Shown one piece after another: positions 1 to 9,248 of a stretch of 64,000 nucleotides of DNA. Origin of the DNA: an uncultured Chloroflexia bacterium (GTDB lineage Bacteria > Chloroflexota > Limnocylindria > Limnocylindrales > CSP1-4); the NCBI GenBank assembly GCA_963764975.1, contig CAVXUF010000002.1, positions 1,114,331 to 1,178,330 on the forward strand, read 5' to 3'. Under the pieces are notes generated by a model. It was not told the origin of the DNA. It did no database searches and saw only the letters and a program-made list of their open reading frames with translations. Each line of letters opens with the position of its first letter. The stretch's first letter is position 1. The position numbers and the translations under genes are program-made.

Positions 1-1
1 G

Positions 2-922
2 ATCCGCGCCGGGATCACGTTCCACGAGTACGGCCGGCTCGTGATGTGGCCGTACGGCTACACGAAGAAGGACGTCCCGGCCGACATGACCTTGCAGGAT
101 CGCAACGCACTGGCCAGGATCGGGCGGGCCATGGCTGCCACGAACGGGTACCGCCCACAGCAGGCGAGCGACCTGTACATCACGTCCGGGACGCTTCGCG
201 ACTACGCGTACGGGGTCTATCGCATCTTCTCGTACACCTTCGAGCTCTCGAAGCGCGACTACCCCGACGACTCGAGGATCTCGCGCGAGACGCAGCGCAA
301 CCTTGAGGCGGTCTCGTACCTGCTGACGCACGCCTGGTGCCCGCTGTCGGTCCTCGGCGCGACCGTCCGGGACGCACGCTGCGGCGCGTTCGATGACGAC
401 CTCGAGGTCGCGCGCGGTTGGACGGTGGACCCCGATGGCACCGACACGGCGCCGGCGGACGCGCGCTTCAGCCGATCGAACCCGCAGTCGACGTCGTCGA
501 AGGGCCCGAAGCAGCTCGGGACGGTCACGTCCGGGCGCAAGGCGTTCGTGACGGGCGCGGAGGCGGGGTCGAAGGCGACGGTGCACGACCTCGACGGCAC
601 GACGACCGTGCGCTCACGGTCCATCACGTTGCCGGGGGACCTCGGGCAGCGGCTGACGTTCCGGTACAACGTCGCGCACAGCGCCGGAAGCTCGACGGCG
701 GACTACCTGCGGGCGATCGTCGAGGTCAGCGGGGTGCCGACCGTGGTCTTCGAGCGGCTCGGGAGCGCGGTGGACGTCGATGGGGTCTGGCGCAAGGCCA
801 CGATCTCCCTGGACGCGTTCGCCGGCGAGACGATCCGGATCCGGTTCGAGGCCGCTGACGGCGGCGCCCCGAACCTGCTCGAGGTGGAGATCGACGACGT
901 CCGGGTGACGCGCGGTTCGTAG
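2..922 (+). CDS. M14-family zinc carboxypeptidase, C-terminal part (5' end lies upstream of the window)
   Basis: The frame is open from base 2. ITFHEYGRLVMWPYGYT and SGTLRDYAYG..SYTFEL are typical M14 motifs. A beta-rich C-terminal domain follows. Confidence 0.8.
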   Translation: MRAGITFHEYGRLVMWPYGYTKKDVPADMTLQDRNALARIGRAMAATNGYRPQQASDLYITSGTLRDYAYGVYRIFSYTFELSKRDYPDDSRISRETQRNLEAVSYLLTHAWCPLSVLGATVRDARCGAFDDDLEVARGWTVDPDGTDTAPADARFSRSNPQSTSSKGPKQLGTVTSGRKAFVTGAEAGSKATVHDLDGTTTVRSRSITLPGDLGQRLTFRYNVAHSAGSSTADYLRAIVEVSGVPTVVFERLGSAVDVDGVWRKATISLDAFAGETIRIRFEAADGGAPNLLEVEIDDVRVTRGS

Positions 923-956
923 CCTGCCGCGCACTGCAGGAACCTGGCTCCGGGCT

Positions 957-1064
957 CCAATACCAGTGGAAACCTCCACACGAACGAGCGTGGGCGGTAG
1001 ACCATCTCGCACGCTGAGTGTCAGTCCACGAGGGACCTGTGAGGAACGTACCAATACCAGTGGA
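957..1064 (+). repeat. Two exact copies of the 14-mer CCAATACCAGTGGA (957-970 and 1051-1064) in the msrA upstream region
   Basis: Read directly. Each copy sits next to a complementary TCCAC pentamer (975-979 and 1024-1028). Confidence 0.6.
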
Positions 1065-1116
1065 GGCGGGCCGTCGTCGTTACGAATCCGTCATCAGTGC
1101 GGAGTAGATTCCCGGC

Positions 1117-1788
1117 ATGTGGTTCTTCGACTCCAAGCCTCAGACCGTCCCCTCCCCCGCCGATAGCCTCCCCGGTCGACCGGATCCCATCATGACCCCC
1201 GGCGTGCACACGATCCTCGGCACGCCCCTCGCCGGTCCGTGGCCGGATGGCACGAAGACCGCGATCTTCGGGCTCGGCTGCTTCTGGGGCCCCGAGAAGG
1301 AGTTCTGGCAGCTCCCCGGGGTGGTGACCACGGCCGTCGGATATGCCGGTGGCCACACGCCCAATCCCACGTATCGCGAAGCGTGCTCCGGTGACACCGG
1401 CCACGCCGAAGTCGTGTTCATCGCCTACGACCCGGCCCGGATCACGTACGAGCAGCTGCTCAAGGTGTTCTGGGAGGACCACGACCCCACCCAGGTCATG
1501 CGCCAGGGCAACGACGTCGGGACCCAGTACCGCTCGATCATCCTGGTCGCCGACGACGAGCAGCGAGCCGCCGCCGAGGCCTCAAAGGCGATGTACCAGG
1601 ACCGCCTGTCCGCCGCCGGCTACGGCCCGATCACGACCGAGATCGTCGACGCCGACCGATTCTTCTACGCCGAGGACTACCACCAGCAATATCTGGACAA
1701 GAACCCCGGCGGCTACTGCCCGATCCACGCCACCGGCGTGAAGCTGCCGGACGACTTCCTGGTCACGCCGCTTCAGTACGTGGACTAG
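1117..1788 (+). CDS. msrA: Peptide-methionine (S)-S-oxide reductase MsrA
   Basis: GLGCFWGPE active-site motif, GYAGG, GHAEVV and [17 protein letters not shown]-terminal motif. 223 aa. Confidence 0.95.
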   Translation: MWFFDSKPQTVPSPADSLPGRPDPIMTPGVHTILGTPLAGPWPDGTKTAIFGLGCFWGPEKEFWQLPGVVTTAVGYAGGHTPNPTYREACSGDTGHAEVVFIAYDPARITYEQLLKVFWEDHDPTQVMRQGNDVGTQYRSIILVADDEQRAAAEASKAMYQDRLSAAGYGPITTEIVDADRFFYAEDYHQQYLDKNPGGYCPIHATGVKLPDDFLVTPLQYVD

Positions 1789-1947
1789 GGCTGGCTACGG
1801 CTTTCTCCCACTCGACGCGGAGTCGCGCGACAAGCTCGGCAAGGAGGAACTTGGCCTCGGCCTTCGAGGTCCATCCGAAGTGAGCGGATGGGGCTCAGGG
1901 CCTACTACGAGGCCGACCTCCGGGTCGCCAACGCGCTTCGGGCGTGG

Positions 1948-2080
1948 TACGCAGCCGAGACGGGCGAAGACCAGCAGCAGTCTCGCTGAGAACCCAATTG
2001 GGTACCACTGCAACAACTCTACTGGCGTCTCATGCCCAATCGGGCTCGGAGTCGAGGCGCGGGCTAACCTCCGACGCTAG
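1948..2080 (+). pseudogene. Orphan msrA 3'-end fragment (divergent variant, one frameshift)
   Basis: WYAAETGEDQQQ then, after a frameshift, LAENPIGYHCNNSTGVSCPIGLGVEA..stop. This parallels [26 protein letters not shown] of the intact gene. Confidence 0.6.
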
Positions 2081-2553
2081 GGGTCTTGTGGCCCGCAGAT
2101 GCTGGCGAGTTCGCGAGCGCCCAAGACCCGCCGCACAGCCTTCTCTCCAGTGCGCTGTTTGATCAGTCCCTCCTTTGCATTGCCGGTCAACGCGGCAAGA
2201 CATCGTCCCTCAACCCGAGGCGCGATCCGGACCTCGACGACCGCCGGGTTCATGTTCATGAAGCCACCGCCGATCACGCCCGAAACCGTACGCTCCGATC
2301 CGCTTGGATCGCCATCGAGCAGCCGGCCCAGCCGAGCCATCGCGTCGGAGAACGCCATCGCCGCCTGGACAGGGTCCGCGCGGACTTCGACCACGGTCTC
2401 GAACTTCTGACTCTTGAGGTACCGCGCGGCGATCCCGCCGCCGCCGACGCCAAATTCGCCAGGGGTCAACTTGCCCAGCTCATCCTCGAGCACACGGTCG
2501 ACGGTCCCGACGGGAGCATGTCCTCCACGCAGCCGTTCCCAGAGGCGATGCAT
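2077..2553 (-). CDS. Hypothetical protein (158 aa from MHRLWERL)
   Basis: Longest ORF in the interval with GC3-rich codon usage. No family recognised. The ORF-track N-terminus (to 2736) overlaps the msrA fragment and is probably not translated. Confidence 0.5.
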   Translation of the reverse strand: MHRLWERLRGGHAPVGTVDRVLEDELGKLTPGEFGVGGGGIAARYLKSQKFETVVEVRADPVQAAMAFSDAMARLGRLLDGDPSGSERTVSGVIGGGFMNMNPAVVEVRIAPRVEGRCLAALTGNAKEGLIKQRTGEKAVRRVLGARELASICGPQDP

Positions 2554-2620
2554 AAAGCGGATTATCGTGCCCAAGGGCACGTCAGACAAGCGAGGAGGCA
2601 AGAGTCGTACAGGCGCCAGC

Positions 2621-2710
2621 GAACAACCCCTGCGGCTACTGCCTGATCCACGCCACCGGTGTGAAGCTGCCGGATGACTTCGCGGTAACCCGCTGCAGTA
2701 CGTGGACTGA
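2621..2710 (+). pseudogene. Orphan msrA 3'-end fragment (recent copy)
   Basis: About 88% nt identity to 1696-1788 with a 1-nt indel and its own TGA. Translates as [23 protein letters not shown]. Confidence 0.85.
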
Positions 2711-2906
2711 GCCCGGCATGGGCGTGGCGACCGCAAACCTCTGCGTCGCGCTCCTCTATGAGGGTGTCGACATATGGAGGCCGATCGAGGCGGAGCTTCT
2801 CGGACGCGGGAGATACCGCTTGGTAGCGACCCAGACTATGACCCCGGAGTGAGGTCCGGCTAGACCAGTCGCCCGAACTCCGTGGGTCGATGTGGGGATT
2901 CGGCAG

Positions 2907-3065
2907 TCAGCGGGGTCGCGCGAGCAGACGGGCGCTGGTCACGATCGACCAAGCGATCACAAGGGCTACGGTAACGATGGCGGCCGGTATGTTCTCATTG
3001 ACCACACCCACGGAACCGGTCAAGATCGATGCGGCGAGCAGCAGTCGATCTTCGAGGGGCCTCAT
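2907..3065 (-). CDS. Possible small membrane protein (52 aa, below the ORF-track cutoff)
   Basis: Hand translation gives MRPLEDRLLLAASILTGSVGVVNENIPAAIVTVALVIAWSIVTSARLLARPR. It has an ATG start and two hydrophobic stretches. Confidence 0.3.
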   Translation of the reverse strand: MRPLEDRLLLAASILTGSVGVVNENIPAAIVTVALVIAWSIVTSARLLARPR

Positions 3066-3180
3066 CTCGAGCCTCCTTGGCCAGGCAGTGCAGGAGCCAG
3101 AGACTGCTCCGCGTCACCATGACGCTGGCAGGACGACATTGTTACGCAGCGGCAATCGCTCGCCAGGCCTGCAACCGGGC

Positions 3181-3275
3181 CGCCAGCAGTAGTTGAACGT
3201 GTCTGAGAATCCCCGGGGCTACTGGCCCGACCACGAGACGGGGGTGGCGTGCCCCGTGGGCCAAGGGAGCACGCT
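3181..3275 (+). pseudogene. Orphan msrA 3'-end fragment (divergent variant, in-frame stop)
   Basis: RQQ(TAG)LNVSENPRGYWPDHETGVACPVGQGS. The TAG replaces the conserved Tyr of HQQYL. Confidence 0.55.
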
Positions 3276-3334
3276 GGCACCGACGGCACTTCCAAGCCGA
3301 GCGCTTCGAGGCGCGACGAAACGGATCGTGACGC

Positions 3335-3655
3335 TCAGAGCAGCCAGGCGACGACCGCGAGCATCACGATCGGGAACCAAAGGACGATCGTGTTCCCGAC
3401 GACCTGGGCGACGGTGCCGACCACGGGAACAGGTGCGAGCCAGGCCACGACGACGGCGGTACCGTCAACGAGCACCCTCACCACGAGTCCACCGAGGGGG
3501 TGGTCGTTCACGAGCAGGACGAACACCAGCCCGATGAGCGTCGCGGAGATCACGGCCTCGTGCGGCGTCGCCAGTTGAACCACGAGGCACACGGCGCCGG
3601 CGAACATCGCCATCGCGGGCATGAGGATCGCGAAGAATCCGAAATTGAACCCCAT
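3335..3655 (-). CDS. Hypothetical integral membrane protein (106 aa from MGFNFGFF)
   Basis: Three or four hydrophobic helices. ATG at 3655. Confidence 0.5.
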   Translation of the reverse strand: MGFNFGFFAILMPAMAMFAGAVCLVVQLATPHEAVISATLIGLVFVLLVNDHPLGGLVVRVLVDGTAVVVAWLAPVPVVGTVAQVVGNTIVLWFPIVMLAVVAWLL

Positions 3656-3824
3656 TTCGTCGCGGGTTTCCTCCAGCCCCGCGGCGCGCTTGCGTTCGCT
3701 CAATTCCAGACTCCGGAAGCTCTCCTCACATCGAAGAGACGCCTTCCTTCGGAAAGCGTTACCGCCCGCCCCGTCACAGGCCCGGTCGTCGGTGAAGAGG
3801 TTGAGCTGCCCGGATCCGCTCAGG

Positions 3825-4298
3825 TCAGAGATATCCCTCGGGAACCGGACCAAGGACCTCCATGTGATGACGACGGGCGATCTCGTCGAGCCGATCTGCG
3901 TCCGCCCGGCCGCTCGTGATCGCGGCGCTGAGTTGTTCGAAGTACCCGACCATCGCCGTCGGCGTGTATAGGTTCAGCTTCCGGCTGGGGGCGTCGCCGA
4001 CGCGAAAGCCGTGTCGGATCCCCGCCGGGATGAAGACGAACGAACCTGCCGGGCAGGCATACGCTCGTTCGTCGATGAAGATGCGGTACTCACCCGCGAG
4101 AACGTAGAACGCCTCGGCGGCGTCGTGGTGGATGTGCAACGGGGGCCCGAAGCCGGGCGGTTCGGTGGCCTCGAGCAGAGCGAACGCGCCCCCGGTCTCC
4201 TCGCCCGTCGCCTTGAGAGACATCTCGAAGTTGCCGAGGTCGATGGACCGTCCTTCGCCTGGCCCAAGCACGAACGCGGTGCCGAGATGATCTGCCAT
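3825..4298 (-). CDS. Cupin-domain protein (copy 1, intact)
   Basis: GGAFALLEATEPPGFGPPLHIHHDAAEAFYVLAGEY...GSFVFIPAGIRHGF matches the two-motif cupin signature. Confidence 0.85.
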   Translation of the reverse strand: MADHLGTAFVLGPGEGRSIDLGNFEMSLKATGEETGGAFALLEATEPPGFGPPLHIHHDAAEAFYVLAGEYRIFIDERAYACPAGSFVFIPAGIRHGFRVGDAPSRKLNLYTPTAMVGYFEQLSAAITSGRADADRLDEIARRHHMEVLGPVPEGYL

Positions 4299-4425
4299 CC
4301 TGAGACCCCTCGCGATTCGCGGCGCGGTCCGGCCGGGGTGGACCGCCCCTTCTGAGGGCAGTATCCGGATTGGCCCGACCCGCGTCGACCCGTGGCGGGC
4401 GCGATCGGCGGCGTATGCTCCGACC

Positions 4426-4722
4426 GTGAAACAGGCTCGACTGGCCCTGACACTCGGAATCGTCGGATTCCTGGTGTGGCCGCTGTCCTACGCGTGGATC
4501 CCGAATGCCGGCAACAACCCGGACTGGATCGGCGTGATCGTCCCGGTCGCCGAGTGGGGAGCGATCGCGTGTGCCATCGGCGCGATCTGGCTCGGGATGC
4601 GGTCCCGGCGCGCCGGGATCACGTCGCTCGACTCGGTTTGGGCTCCCCGCGTGGGCTGGTTGACCCTGGGGATGATGGCGATGGCGTTCGTGGTGGTCGC
4701 AGCCTCGTATCGCGAAGCCTGA
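4426..4722 (+). CDS. Hypothetical membrane protein (98 aa)
   Basis: Three predicted TM helices. GTG start. No family recognised. Confidence 0.45.
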   Translation: MKQARLALTLGIVGFLVWPLSYAWIPNAGNNPDWIGVIVPVAEWGAIACAIGAIWLGMRSRRAGITSLDSVWAPRVGWLTLGMMAMAFVVVAASYREA

Positions 4723-4803
4723 GGGCCCGGGTGTAGCCTCGCCAGACACGGTGCGACATCTTCAACGGAGGCCGAGCATGCCCCGCCCCTGCGACACGGC
4801 GTC

Positions 4804-5190
4804 ATGACGATCGAGCTGAACCACACGATCGTCTACTCGCGGGACAAGCGCGCTTCATCGGACTTTCTTGCGGGACTCTTCGGGCTGGCGGAACCGGTGG
4901 CGTGGGGTCCGTTCCTCGCCGTCGAAGTCTCGAATCACGTGACACTCGACTTCTACCACGCCGACGGCGAGATCGCGTCCCAGCACTATTGCTTCCTCGT
5001 GGGTGAAGACGACTTCGACCAGATCTTCGGTCGGATCCAGGCGCGGGGGCTCGACCACTGGGCCGACCCGGGCCATGACCAGCCGGGCGAGATCAACACG
5101 CACGACGGCGGACGCGGCGTCTACTTCGAAGACCCGAGCGGGCACAACCTCGAGATCATCACGAGGCCATACGGCGAGGATCGCGGCTAG
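4804..5190 (+). CDS. VOC-family (glyoxalase/bleomycin-resistance fold) protein
   Basis: 128 aa. LNHTIVYSRD...HYCFLV...GVYFEDPSGHNLEI is typical of the VOC fold. Confidence 0.8.
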   Translation: MTIELNHTIVYSRDKRASSDFLAGLFGLAEPVAWGPFLAVEVSNHVTLDFYHADGEIASQHYCFLVGEDDFDQIFGRIQARGLDHWADPGHDQPGEINTHDGGRGVYFEDPSGHNLEIITRPYGEDRG

Positions 5191-5295
5191 ATCGCAGCGC
5201 TGGCGAACGCCGATGGCGGGCAGAAGGCTGACGTGTCCGAGGTCCCGCACGGCTTCGTGGTCACGCCGCGGGACGCCGACTGACATTCCGCCCGC

Positions 5296-5540
5296 GGGTT
5301 CGCCGAGCATAAGGGCGACCTTCCCGGCGACGTCCCGGTTCTTCAGCCGATCCATCGCCTCGGCGATCGCTTTCCCAGGGCAGCTCGGCACCGAGCTGCG
5401 GATCGAGCTTGCCGTCGGCTACGAGCGAGGCGAGGTACCCAAGGTCGCGACCGAACGGATCGCCACCGAAGAACAACTCGAACCCCTGCAGACGGACAAG
5501 GGCTCGGGAACGTCCTGCATGGAGATCCTGCCGGGAGCCG
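5296..5540 (-). pseudogene. Remnant of a zinc-type (MDR) quinone oxidoreductase / alcohol dehydrogenase C-terminus, frameshifted
   Basis: LQGFELFFGG..LASLVADGKLDPQLGAELPW in one frame, then AIAEAMDRLKNRDVAGKVALML in another. The N-terminal two-thirds of the protein is absent. Confidence 0.5.
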
Positions 5541-5672
5541 AGCTGTCTGCCACCATTGCGCGCATCGGTCGGCCTTCCGGTCGAGTCTCCCTCGTCCAGA
5601 CGATCGCACTTCGCGGCGCTGTGGGCGAAACGCTGACCTGTCCGAGGACCGAGGACCCGGAGAAGGGGTGAG

Positions 5673-6272
5673 ATGACCGACCCGATCGCGGACATCATCG
5701 GTGACTACCGAGCGTTCGCGGCCCAACAGCGCGACCGGTTGCTGTGGCGTGGCATCGACATCGCCCCGTACGCGCTCAGCCACCTCGCGTACCGGGTGCC
5801 CGAGTGGGACCAGTACGTGCAGGTCCGGACGCTCCTCGAGCGTCACGCGAGCGCGAATCGGGAGAACGTCTGGAACGGCCGGCCGATCTCCCTGATCCTT
5901 CCCGAGGAGCCGCTCGAAGTCCTCGACGGCAAGGCGGTTCCGATGATCGAGCTCATCCCGCCCGTCCACCAGCGTGTCTACAAGATGGGGCTAGAGCACC
6001 TCGGCGTCGTCGTCGGCGACACGTTCGACGCCTTCGTCGAAGCCCACAAGCCCGTCCTGACAGGGCAGCAGTTCCAGGGCCCAAGCAGCACGCCCGATCC
6101 CGTCTACATCCTGTTCGAGGACTTCACCCACGTGAAGTTCTATCGACTGTCCCTGCAGGCATCCGTCGAACTCGTCGAGGGGCACGCCTTCAAGGATGGA
6201 TTCCACCACGTCGACGGCTGGGTGCCCCAGCGGCTGGTAACCGCGACGGGGCCCAACCCGCTGCCCCGATGA
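5673..6272 (+). CDS. YecM-like VOC-family metalloprotein
   Basis: SHLAYRV...NGRPISLI...MIELIPP...GLEHLGVVVG...VKFYRLSL parallels E. coli YecM (ADHISLRC..NGRPICLF..GWEHIEIVL). Confidence 0.65.
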   Translation: MTDPIADIIGDYRAFAAQQRDRLLWRGIDIAPYALSHLAYRVPEWDQYVQVRTLLERHASANRENVWNGRPISLILPEEPLEVLDGKAVPMIELIPPVHQRVYKMGLEHLGVVVGDTFDAFVEAHKPVLTGQQFQGPSSTPDPVYILFEDFTHVKFYRLSLQASVELVEGHAFKDGFHHVDGWVPQRLVTATGPNPLPR

Positions 6273-6632
6273 CGTCGACCGAGCGGTCATCTGATACCAG
6301 GGAACGCCCCGGCTGTTCTCCATCACGCCCGGAACGTCATCGCGACGCTCGACATCAGATCGTGAGCCACGCCTCGATGGCGCTCGGCCTGTCAGCGATC
6401 AACGACGGGCCCGGACCCCGCCGGTCGAGCTCGTTAGCGAGTTGCGTGCGATCGCCGAGTCGGCCACGTTCGACAGGCCCTGACCGTCGCCAACCTAAGA
6501 GTGACGCGCGGGCGGCCCGGGTGGACGACGCTGAGCGAAGGACTCGGTTGACTTGGTTTCCGGGTCATGCGTTCACAGGCACAACCGCGATCGGCTGCGT
6601 CGTCCGCTGAGCCCACAGGCTGCAGGCCCTCG

Positions 6633-6800
6633 CAGCGGGGGCCCGATTCCCGCCGGCTCGGCGGCTTCGAGCAGGGCGCAGGCGCCCCCGGTTGGCGCGC
6701 CATCAGCCTTCGGGGACATCTCGAAGTTGCCAGGATCAGTCGCCCGTCCCTGGCCGGGCTGAAGGACGAAAGCTCCGCCTGGGCGAACTGACAAGGCCAT
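6633..6800 (-). pseudogene. Cupin fragment (copy 3, N-terminal 55 aa only)
   Basis: AFVLQPGQGRATDPGNFEMSPKADGAPTGGACALLEAAEPAGIGPPL aligns with copies 1 and 2. Homology stops before the HIHHD metal motif. Confidence 0.7.
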
Positions 6801-6891
6801 CGCCTCCTTGCATGTCCCCGACCGCTTTGCATCGCACGGGAGCGTGCGCCGATGCCTCGGGACCGGCAGCGCTTGAAATGCTGGGGGCAAA

Positions 6892-7596
6892 TTATGGCCA
6901 GCGGGGGTTTGGCGTGACCCCGGCGAGGTAAGCCCCGACGCTGACCAGCCCGAGGATGATTGCCACGCCGACGAATCGATAGAGCCTCCGACTTCCCCGA
7001 GGCTTGATCAGGGCGAAGACGCCGGGGAGGACGATGATCGCGCAGACGAGCACGAACGTGCAGATCGTCGTCCACGTGGTCCCCAGGAAGGTAGTCCATG
7101 TCGTGATCGACCAGACGAGCCAGACGCCGGCGATCCAGGCGATGATCAGGACGCCGATCCAGCCGACGTTCCGACTTCCCAGCCACTCATCGAACGGAAC
7201 CCCCGAGATCTCGGGATACATCGACCGGTAGGCGAGGAATGGTGGCCCGATGAACATGACGAGAAAGAGCAGAAAGCCGATGTTCGTCCTGCCGACTTCG
7301 CGTTGCGCCGGCTCGCCGATCACGACGCCGAACGCGAGCATGGCGATCAGGAACCACCCTGCAACCACCATGGGGAACAGCAGCGTCGAATTGAACCCTT
7401 CGAGTCGGCCACGGGTGGCTCTGCCGACGACCGTGGGCGTCGCCCGAAACAGCCCGAGTCCGGCCGCCGGGGATCGAACCCACAGGACCGCCCACCCGAT
7501 GATCAGGACCGGGAGCATCGGGATCGATGCGACGATCCCCAGCGCCACCGAGACCGCCGTGACCCAATCGAGGATGCGGGCGCCTGAGGACATCAT
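6892..7596 (-). CDS. Hypothetical polytopic membrane protein (234 aa)
   Basis: Six or seven hydrophobic helices. Its start overlaps the stop of the upstream SRPBCC gene (ATGATGA). Confidence 0.55.
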   Translation of the reverse strand: MMSSGARILDWVTAVSVALGIVASIPMLPVLIIGWAVLWVRSPAAGLGLFRATPTVVGRATRGRLEGFNSTLLFPMVVAGWFLIAMLAFGVVIGEPAQREVGRTNIGFLLFLVMFIGPPFLAYRSMYPEISGVPFDEWLGSRNVGWIGVLIIAWIAGVWLVWSITTWTTFLGTTWTTICTFVLVCAIIVLPGVFALIKPRGSRRLYRFVGVAIILGLVSVGAYLAGVTPNPRWP

Positions 7597-8045
7597 CAGG
7601 GCGACGCGTCGCGGTTCGCGCCGGCTTCGAGGGCTGCCTTGAGCAATGCGGCCCGCTTCCTGAGGTCGCGCCGCATGATTCCGTCCGACAGGGCCACCAG
7701 GAAGCGTCCGGGCATCGAGGTCGGTCGAACGGTGTCCACGAATGCGACCCGGGTCCCAGATTCGGTGGCGACGAGCACTGCGGTCTCATCCATCTCGTAA
7801 CCCATCCCGCGAACGGCGACGCGTATGTGCCTTGGGCGCTCGAGCTCCGTGACTCCCCAGGTCGAACGGGCGGCCATGCCGCCCCGGCGATGAACGAATG
7901 TTCCCGCGAGCCCCACGCGCATCGGTCCGTCGGGCGTGTAGGTCACGAGGGCGCGGTCGATGACCGGGAAGCTGGCCGTGTCGGCGAGGAAGTCGAAGAC
8001 GACCTCTGGCGATCGTTTGATGTTGATCTCGAATCGGATCTCCAC
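7596..8045 (-). CDS. SRPBCC-superfamily (polyketide cyclase/dehydrase-like) protein
   Basis: 149 aa. IKRSPEVVFDFLAD..FP N-terminus and length are typical of SRPBCC proteins. Confidence 0.75.
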   Translation of the reverse strand: MEIRFEINIKRSPEVVFDFLADTASFPVIDRALVTYTPDGPMRVGLAGTFVHRRGGMAARSTWGVTELERPRHIRVAVRGMGYEMDETAVLVATESGTRVAFVDTVRPTSMPGRFLVALSDGIMRRDLRKRAALLKAALEAGANRDASP

Positions 8046-8119
8046 GTCACTCCCATCGTCGATGGCGACGAGTCCAGATCACGACATGGTGCGCCGACCG
8101 AGGGTGACTCACAACCTGC

Positions 8120-8690
8120 CCCGACGGACGCCCAGATGCGGGCGATCGACCCGTCGAAAATCGCCGCCGTCCCAATTCCCGCTCGCCGGTGGGATCTACC
8201 AGTGGTCCGACTCGTCTACTCGTTCGCACGGGACGGCATGGTCGCCGGGTCCAGGCTCCGCTCGAGCGTGCATCCGCGTCTGCACATGCCGCCCGGAGCG
8301 GTGCCCGTGGCGACGGTCGTGCCTGCTGTGATCACACTGCTCCCGTCGGCCACGGTCGCGATCATCATCACGTTCGCGGTCGTGGGCATCTATATCGGGT
8401 TCCAGAGCGTCGTCTTCGCCGCCCTGATCGCCCGAGCCCGTGGTTGGCGCCCGACCGGATCGTTCAGGCTTGGTCGTTGGGGTCGACCGGTCAACGTCAT
8501 CGGCCTTGTCCACAGCATCTCGGCGATCATCATCCTGTCGGTCAAGACCGGCGAAGGCCAGGAAGACAGGTGGCTCGTGCCGATCAGCGCCGGGATCGTC
8601 TCCCTGCTGGGGCTCGCGTACCTGTTGATCGTCCGACCCACCGAGAATGTCCGCGAGGATGCCCGCGCCGACGCGATCGACATGGGCTAG
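8120..8690 (+). pseudogene. APC-family amino-acid permease remnant (internal deletion plus frameshifts)
   Basis: KIAAVPIP / LAGGIYQW (early-TM motif) is joined directly, in another frame, to RLVYSFARDGMV and the last about 150 aa of a permease. Confidence 0.7.
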
Positions 8691-8776
8691 CCGAGGCCTG
8701 CCGGACGCGCCTCCGGTCGGTCCGCCGGCCGGAGGCCACCCTTCTTCCTGATCGGCCCACGTGACTCGGTCGCACC

Positions 8777-9248
8777 TTAGAGGTAGCCCTCGGAAACCGG
8801 GCCGGTGATCTCCATGCCATGGTCTCGGGCGATCGCGTCGAGTCTTTGCGGATCGGCGTCGACCATCGCTGATCGCCGCGCTCAGCGCATCGAAGTAGCC
8901 GACCATCGCCGCCGGCGTGTAGAGGTTGAGCTTCCTGCTCGGGGCCGCGCCCACCCGAAACCCGTGTCGGATCCCGGACGGGATGAAGATGAACGATCCC
9001 GCCGGGCACGCGTACTCCTGCGCCTCGATGAAGATGCGGTATTCGCCTTCGAGGACGTAGAACGCCTCCGCGGCGTCGTGATGGATGTGCATCGGTGGCC
9101 CGAAGTCCGGTGGCTCGGTGGCCTCGAGCAGCGAGAAGGCGCCGCCGGTCTCTTGGTTCGTGGCCTTCAGGGACATCGTGAATGCGCCCAGGTCGATGGC
9201 GCGTCCCTCACCGGGGCGCAGGACCATCGCACCGATGTCGTCCGTCAT
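8777..9248 (-). pseudogene. Cupin-domain protein (copy 2, frameshifted near the C-terminus as sequenced)
   Basis: About 80% nt identity to 3825-4298. The frame breaks after AAISDG, and VDADPQRLDAIARDHGMEITGPVSEGYL continues in the next frame. Length is 472 nt. Confidence 0.8.

Noticed and set aside
1985-3290. The two similar modules (1985-2075 and 3200-3275) first looked like a structured RNA. They contain palindromes that seem to covary (CCCAATTGGG vs CCCCGGGG; GCCC-loop-GGGC in both; GCGTCT/AGGCGC vs GCGTGC/GCACGC).
   Set aside because: The palindromes follow automatically from Pro-x-Gly and Cys-Pro-x-Gly codons (CCN..GGN). Substitutions fall mainly on third codon positions of one plus-strand frame. 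The encoded peptide aligns with the MsrA C-terminus, including the upstream QQ(Y)L. They are therefore better explained as gene fragments.
1789-3700. Integron-like cassette array: small minus-strand ORFs separated by imperfect palindromic elements.
   Set aside because: There is no integron integrase and no attC-type R/L box structure (GTTRRRY cores). The repeated elements are msrA coding fragments on the opposite strand to the ORFs.
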